The translations under genes and the position numbers were made by a program. From Haliotis cracherodii (lineage: Eukaryota), in NCBI RefSeq assembly GCF_022045235.1, contig NW_027266268.1, positions 17,794,001-17,858,000 on the forward strand: a stretch of 64,000 nt of DNA, read 5' to 3'. This document shows, in pieces, positions 50,501-59,500 of this stretch (position 1 is the first letter of the stretch; each line of letters starts with the position of its first letter). The notes below the pieces were generated by a model that had not been told where the DNA came from, did no database searches, and saw only the letters and a program-made list of their open reading frames with translations.

Positions 50501-53500
50501 GAACTCTTAGCATTAACATATTGTTATAATTAGTATGATGCATACTAAGACGTACATATTCTCCATAACGTTCACATCGTGTGGAACTCTTAGCATTAAC
50601 ATATTGTTATAATTAGTATGATGCATACTAAGATGTACATATTCTCCATAACGTTCACATCGTGTGGAACTCTTAGCATTAACATATTGTTATAATTGGT
50701 GTGATGCATACTAAGATTTACATATTCTCCATAACGTTCACATCGTGTGGGAACACTTAGCATTAACATATTGTTATAATTAGTGTGAGCATACTAAGAT
50801 GCACATATTCTCAATAACGCTCACATCGTGTGGAACTCTTAGCATTAGCATATTGTTATAATTAGTATGATGCATACTAAAATGTACATATTCTCCATAA
50901 CGTTCACATCGTGTGGAACTCTTAGCATTAACATATTGTTATAATTAGTATGATGCATACTAAGATTTACATATTCTCCATAACGTTCACATCGTGTGGA
51001 ACTCTTAGCATTAACATATTGTTATAATTGGTGTGATGCATACTAAGATTTACATATTCTCCATAACGTTCACATCGTGTGGGAACACTTAGCATTAACA
51101 TATTGTTATAATTAGTGTGAGCATACTAAGATGCACATATTCTCAATAACGCTCACATCGTGTGGAACTCTTAGCATTAACATATTGTTATAATTAGTAT
51201 GATGCATACTAAAATGTACATATTCTCCATAACGTTCACATCGTGTGGAACTCTTAGCATTAACATATTGTTATAATTAGTATGATGCATACTAAAATGT
51301 ACATATTCTTCATAACGTTCACATCGTGTGGAACTCTTAGCATTAACATATTGTTATAATTAGTGTGAGCATACTAAGATGTACATATTCTTCATAATGT
51401 TTACATCGTGTGGAACTCTTAGCATTAACATATTGTTATAATTAGTATGATGCATACTAAGATGTACATATTCTTCATAATGTTTACATCGTGTGGAACT
51501 CTTAGCATTAACATATTGTTATAATTAGTATGATGCATACTAAGACGTACATATTCTCCATAACGTTCACATCGTGTGGAACTCTTAGCATTAACATATT
51601 GTTATAATTAGTATGATGCATACTAAGATTTACATATTCTCCATAACGTTCACATCGTGTGGAACTCTTAGCATTAACATATTGTTATAATTAGTATGAT
51701 GCATACTAAGATTTACATATTCTTCATAACGTTCACATCGTGTGGAACTCTTAGCATTAACATATTGTTATAATTAGTGTGAGCATACTAAGATGTACAT
51801 ATTCTTCATAACGTTTACATCGTGTGGAACTCTTAGCATTAACATATTGTTATAATTAGTATGATGCATACTAAGATGTACATATTCTTCATAACGTTTA
51901 CATCGTGTGGAACACTTAGCATTAACATATTGTTATAATTAGTGTGAGCATACTAAGATGTACATATTCTCCATAACGTTCACATAGTGTGGAACACTTA
52001 GCATTAACATACTGTTATAATTAGTGTGAGCATACTAAAATGTACATATTCTCCATAACGTTTACATCGTGTGGAGCTCTTAACATTAACATATTGTTAT
52101 AATTAACTGATGATTTAAAAAAATATTGATAATTAAAGACATGTCATTGCAATGAGCGCTCTTAGTGCCCTGGAAAGCGTAAAAACCTATATGTCTTATC
52201 CAAACTTGCACACTGTTTGGGCGTGGTGGGGTAGCCTAGAGGTGAAGGAGTTCGCTCGTTACGCCGAAATCCGTTGTCGATTCCCCACATGAATACTCAC
52301 TCACGTATGCTTTTTGATTCGTAGAAAATTAGCTTGCTTCATTCCAACTGTTGCTTATAATATGGATGAACTTTGTCAATGCCATTGCATCAGGCAGACA
52401 TCTTTATGTTCACCGCAACGAAAGACCCTTTTTATAGGAATGAAACAGAAACTTATTTTATGAATAACATATGCATGTGCTTACATTTCACGTCCAAACC
52501 CGCCTTGAATTTATCCCATCCTTTCAAGGATATTCTGTCACCAAGAAGACTTGTAAAATTGTCAAAGGCGTCACTCCCTTCCTCTGAAAATAGGAATCAG
52601 AATGATTAGACAATTGTTTCACGTGATTTATGTTTGTAATTGTCCTACTGTAGCAACTGTTTCACCATGTTTTTGGTATATCTTGTCACCCATGATGCTC
52701 TGTTTTCATCACTCGTGCGTAACGTCAACCGTACGTCGCTTCATTCATCCTGTCGCTCGTCCGTTTCCTTCACCACGCGTCCCTTCAAACGTCCAGCGGG
52801 GTCTTATCACGCATCTCGTTTACGTCAGTCCACGTTCCCGTTACGTTCCCCTTGACGCGTCGCTTTCGCGTCAGTCAACCTCCACGTTACGTGCTCCTTG
52901 ACGCGTCGCTTTCACGTCAGTCTACGTTCCCGTAACGCGCCCTTTGACGCGTCGCTTTCACGGCAGTCCACCTTCACGTTACGCGTCGCTTTCACGTCAG
53001 TCCACCTTCACGTTACGTGCCCCTTGACGCGTCGCTTTCACGTCAGTCCACCTTCACGTTACGCGCCCCTTGACGCGTCGCTTTCGCGTCAGTCCACCTT
53101 CACGTTACGTGCCCCTTGATGCGTCGCTTTCGCGTCAGTCAACCTCCACGTTACGTGCTCCTTGACGCGTCGCTTTCACGTCAGTCTACGTTCCCGTAAC
53201 GCGCCCCTTGACGCGTTGCTTTCACGTCAGTCCACCTTCACGTTACACCCCCCTTGACGCGTTGCTTTCACGTCAGTCCACCTTCACGTAACGTGCCCCT
53301 TGACGCGTCGTTTTCACGTCAGTCCACCTTCACGTTACGCGCCCCTTGACGCGTCGCTTTCGCGTCAGTCCACCTTCACGTTACGTGCCCCTTGACGCGT
53401 CGCTTTCACGTCAGTCCACCTTCACGTTACGTGCCCCTTGACGCGTCGCTTTCACGTCAGTCCACCTTCACGTTACACGCTCCTTGACGCGTCGGTTTAA

Positions 53501-56500
53501 GCTTCCCAACTACCGTCCCTTTACAAGTGAGTCACCATACTGGAAGATCCCTACTGCATCAGGGATTTACTTTTGATTTGTAGTGTACACCGCGTAACGT
53601 CACTCAAACCAATATATCAATTTAAACAAGATCCCGAAAGTGTACATACACCAGACGCAGTTTGTCTATGGATGTCCCATACCATGATAAAACAAAGCTA
53701 CTTAATAAAAGCCCATAGTACCTGTGACGCCACGATGAAACCCGATACAACGATTATCGATTTCCAGTGTTCTCCCATATGCCAGTATTTGCAGAGTATT
53801 CACGTCACTGTTCTGATTTGATTTACATTTATGCACACACAAGCATGTGCGTGATTCAAAACAACGGTGGGAAGATATCATCTGTCTGCCACAAACGCGC
53901 TACGTGCCGCAACAAATAGATTCTGGCAGCTTCTGGAATGTTGTCATGTGATACGAGAATGAACAAACGCCAATGCAAGGCAAAAATGGCCAATACCAGC
54001 CATAGAAGCGTCGGGTAATTTGACGTTGTCAAGAAAGAATTCAAGGCGCCGAAGGCGTAATCAGGCTTCCGTACAAATGCATATCAATGGAAGCCAACGT
54101 GGGACAAAACAATGTCGCGAACAAAAGATCCAAATAATTGCCGTCGGTTAATACGAAAACTACGTTTCACGGAATGGGAGATTGAGACTTGAATTAGCTA
54201 CAGGGTTTTTTCTGGTCTTCTGAAAAATATTCAACTGTTTAAGTTCATTTAAAAGGAACTCTCCATCAATCGGATGTGAGGCATCCAATAAACATCCTTT
54301 TTATTAGAATTAGAACCCTACAATATATATGCATCCCCTGACTGGATGTAATTCAAGCGTTGCTATGACAACGAGGGTAAAGGTCTGCGGTCCCCATTGA
54401 TTATTTCCGTTTACCATTTATGTTCACATGCCAGTTAGAATCTAACAATACATCTCCCAAGGCTTTGATTAACTTCGTCAGGGCCTCTCCAACGTTAATG
54501 TACATTTACTCACTGTGCATCTCTGAAGGGGAAATGTCGTGACTATTGGTTCTAATCTACCAATTACAGGGCAGGAAATTTAGATAATTTGACAGTATTG
54601 CGCCTTTTGAAAATAAGTAGCCAATCGGTGTCGACACTGGGCAAGAACGTGATACAAAGAAGTCCCTGTTGCCCGTATGAGTATAAAGTGTTTATATATA
54701 TTGCACTTTCCTTTACGTATTGTGATACCTTTACAGCACAAAGGAAATCATATTAACATATTTTCATATTTAGTTGTATATGTAGTCAGACCTGTTTTTG
54801 TGTCCTTTTACAGTGGAAACCTTGTTAAACCGGACGCTATCGTACCGATCGACCAGATTGACACCTTTACGAGTAGCGAATTATTGGTATGGAGTAATAT
54901 GACTTTGGATACATATTGGGGTTCTCAATACGAACGCCAAGGGGGGAGGGGTAATTGCTATTAATTTTTTTCAATCAGTGATTGACTCAAGTGTTCGCAG
55001 AACGCATACGCATGTAGTCCATTGGCCCTCACCTTAAGGAACCAGTAAGACAATGCTGATGAAGAAGCATGCTTATCTCAAGATAAACACACTATTTTAC
55101 CCCTTGGCTAAAAGTGCATGTAGGGCTGGTGTTTAAAAAATATAATGTGAGTACATATTTTAATGACATGTTATATTCTCGCGTGGTGAAGGAAACGGAC
55201 GAGCGACTGGATGAATGAGGCGACGTCTTGCATAGATGGACACAAAGCATCATGGGTGATAGGACATACCTTCTATACTGACCAACTTTGAAGCAGTGTT
55301 TTTCAATACTTGAATTATTTGAGTGACATGATAAAAAGGAGAAACAGTCGTTCCTTTCTAATTCTATTCAAAGTACAAGATATTAAAGGACCAAGTCATC
55401 AAGACTTAATATCTAATGAATATATGTTTCGAAACGAAATGTACAATGGTTGAATTATTCTGAAAGTCAAGCACATGTTATGCAAAAACAGAGAAACTTA
55501 CCATTGCTGTAAAACTCATCATCAGTCGTCTGCCCCTCACGTACATACAAAACGCCGATTTTGAAGTTAACGGACCCCTGTTACAACAATAAAATAAATA
55601 CCCTTAGTTCACAATCTTCATAGCTGTTTCTGTATCATACCTTGGGGAAAATTCATGCAGCCCAACGGTGTAGCTATTTTCTATCGCAGTATCACTCTTG
55701 CTAAGAAATAGATCGTCTACTGGTTAACCAGTAGAAACAGATGGTTATGTTGCCAATGTAAGCTATTGTTACAGAGACAGGACATGGTATTATCTCATTT
55801 AGATAAAAGTATAGGTGTCAGATCTACAAGATCCGAAGATCAAGGTATACAATTTGTTCCATTTCTGCTTAGTGACTAACCATTCTCTTTATTTAAGGAT
55901 GAAAGCGTCAATACATCTTACCTCTTGTTCTTCGAGCACTAAATGTTCCTTTTGAATATTTGGATCAAATATTTCCTTTGGTCCCTTTTCAAATTTGTGT
56001 AAGTCGAAGTGACTGAAAAGAGGAATCAATTGAAATATGAAACAGAAGTAGTTGTGTTATATGTCAACGCAATACGATTCGTTATATTAATTATCGTATT
56101 ATACATTGGTGTGTTTCCTTTGAGGAATATCAAAATACACGTATTCTGATTTGACCCTGCAAAAAGTTACAACATATAATTTTGTAATTAAAAGATTACA
56201 ACAATATTTAAGTTGTAGGTAATTAAAGGTGTACCTCAATATTCCTTTGACTGTCTGTGGCTTCCCCGGGTTATAAGGCAATGAGAGTTTCTTGGCACCC
56301 TGAAAGAAGTAGAACATTACTAACATCGCCTAACATTGAATGATAGGCGAATTATACACAGTATGAATGTTAAAGGATGACGGATGGGTAACTGTATTAA
56401 AAGGTCAAAATAACACACACGTTGCGAAATAATATGTTATCCGATGACACGGTGTTCAATTACGTTTTGGCATTTCAGCATCGTTGAGGAGTTTACAAAT

Positions 56501-59500
56501 ACAGTCGTTCACGTTCATTAAGTATCTGATGACAGTAATGGGGAAAGATAAAATGTCATTTTATACACATTCATAGCACAGCACAGGATATAAACGTACA
56601 GTTTTCCTCCACAATATGGCTCTGTATTGAGGGACGTTGTGGTTGTTGGCGTCGGTGACAATGACGGACAATAGAAACGGCTCCTTCTCCAAGTCCACGC
56701 CGACGTAATTCTGATGTACTATAAACATATATAAATACGTTTGTTTCAGTGGCTCAGTAGAACGTTCATAAAGTTTTTTATCGTAGACATGTGGATGACA
56801 TTTCAAAGTGATGCATTCCCCATGTTAACTTGTACCATATGTTACCGTGTCTTTTTTCAGGTGAACGATTGGCTTGCCTTTGCATGTGTTTGTTAAGGGT
56901 GCCACCGGTGAGGCTCACCTTTTTGGGAACACCTGGTATCATCCATATTTGGTAGTGATTCCAAAACACATGCTCATATTTAGTCGGGAATACACAATCG
57001 ACACTCATGGCAGATATTTCTTTTGCATCTTGTAATTTTTTTATTTTTTTTTATTAATGATTAAGTTCTGTTAAGGGATAAACTTTTCTTAAATAACAAA
57101 TATACAACTCTAAGAAATTTAAGAAAACAAGATTTTGTCATGTTACTATAGTTAATCTGTTGAGCAGTGTTCTTTGACCTCTTTTGTGTAGTATATATAC
57201 TTTGTACTGACGGTAAAAAACAATTGAGCAACTATATGGTGACCATGTTCCCGGTGTATAATTAGGGATATGGAATGGATAATTATACATGTATTAAATC
57301 TACAAATTTAGTTATTTTCAGAGATAAAGTGAATTAGCAAATATAAAAAAAAGAGTACCTGTAGACAGAAAGGACTAAACAACCGTCTAAAGCGTAGAAT
57401 TTTGGATACAGATTAACTGAACATAAATGTTTGAAATCTTTAAGGACGATGTGGACCTATTTAGGGATCAATTGTCTTGAAAAAGCACATATACTGACGG
57501 GAAGAAATAAGAGAACGGCTACATTGGAACCCTGTCTTTGGCGCAGAATGATGCGATTTTCGAATGCATGCTAAAGATAAGGCTGGGCCCTCTTTAGTGT
57601 ATTTGGATTTCAAGCAAAAAAATGGGATTGGAGGTCTATATGACACGAAAAAATAGAAAATAAATTTGAAGTATTTTTCAGTTTGTTTGATATTGGAGCG
57701 CTAGATCATTTTAAGTTATTACATAATTTTAATAACTGACTGTTTGAGTTTATTCCAATTGGCAAGCAATAGTATTACACATTATAGATATATATGTATA
57801 TGTTTCTATTTTCAACCAGAATCAGATCTTACTTACATTTCCCCAGGAAGTACTTGAAATACCATCTTGTCTGGTACTCCGGGTTTTCTAGATGAATTGG
57901 GCTGTTGAGAGGACTAGAAAGCTGAAAANNNNNNNNNNNNNNNNNNNNNNNNNNNNNNNNNNNNNNNNNNNNNNNNNNNNNNNNNNNNNNNNNNNNNNNN
58001 NNNNNNNNNNNNNNNNNNNNNNNNNNNNNNNNNNNNNNNNNNNNNNNNNNNNNNNNNNNNNNNNNNNNNNNNNNNNNNNNNNNNNNNNNNNNNNNNNNNN
58101 NNNNNNNNNNNNNNNNNNNNNNNNNNNNNNNNNNNNNNNNNNNNNNNNNNNNNNNNNNNNNNNNNNNNNNNNNNNNNNNNNNNNNNNNNNNNNNNNNNNN
58201 NNNNNNNNNNNNNNNNNNNNNNNNNNNNNNNNNNNNNNNNNNNNNNNNNNNNNNNNNNNNNNNNNNNNNNNNNNNNNNNNNNNNNNNNNNNNNNNNNNNN
58301 NNNNNNNNNNNNNNNNNNNNNNNNNNNNNNNNNNNNNNNNNNNNNNNNNNNNNTTGAGTAAGTTAGCTCACTAAGTATGATTTTACGCCGTATTTTGTAA
58401 CATTCCAGTAATACCACGGCGGGGCGGTGAGAAGGGGCTTCACACAATTTACCCATGTGGGGAATCGAACCCGGACCTTCGGCGTGACGAGCGTACGCTC
58501 CAAGCACTAGGCTACTCCATCGCCCTTTTACACATACTCGGACGATTATGACCTCAATCAAGTAAAACCCTTACAACTCGAACTCGATACATCATTAAGG
58601 AAGATGCAACTTGATGCTCCTTGAAAATTCGTTATCAACACTACAGTCATCTATCGACAATTCGTGTATCTCGAAATACGGTTTACTCGACATACTTTTT
58701 ACTGATCCCAAGGGTTCACTATATGTTGTTCGTGACTGACACATGAAGCTAGTTATGTCTTGATCAGTTTACACACCCCAACACTTTAAACGAGATCATT
58801 GGTTTCTAAAAATATACTTGGAAAAGAGAATTTTTACGAGCTAAAGATCAATTCATCTGACCTTAAGGATCAAATAAGCTTTCATAAACAAAAGGGCAAC
58901 CGGTGTTTTCAATCAATGAAAGCTTGATGCTGCAGAGAACCGCAGTGTCATTCCGAAATGTGATGTCCGACATTGATTTAATCCTCGGCATTTGTTTACA
59001 GACGCGCTTTCAGCCCAAATTAAACCCTTTATTTTTGTGATTTTGTCTCGGATAATGGCCGTTCCCACCACATCGTATATTTGTTCTCTTCATTGATTAC
59101 ATACAACCTTATCGCAGGACCTCGAGTATCGGAATCGCACTTTCACAATAGAAAATTTTGGACCAAAATTGAAGTACGCTGCGTATTTTCTGTAGTGAAA
59201 TGCGGACATGTGTCATGCTTAATTCCTGTTCTTACGAGTGAGTTTAAGCAGCTTTTAGCAACATCCCCGCAATATAAAGGCGGGGGACGCCAGAAATGGG
59301 CTTCACACATTGTGCCCATATGGGGAATCGAACCCAAGTCTTCGGCGTGACGAGCTAACGCTTCAACCACTAGGCTACCACACCACCCCTGGTCTTACAA
59401 ACGCGTTAATGCGGAAATGTATTTAAGAATTGACTTTGGATTGAATTGGAGCTTTGTCAGGTCATTCGATGAGATAATATGTTATTTCACAAGACAATGC

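Noticed and set aside
49792-52105. CRISPR-like regular array
   Set aside because: No unique spacers, eukaryotic intron, no cas genes
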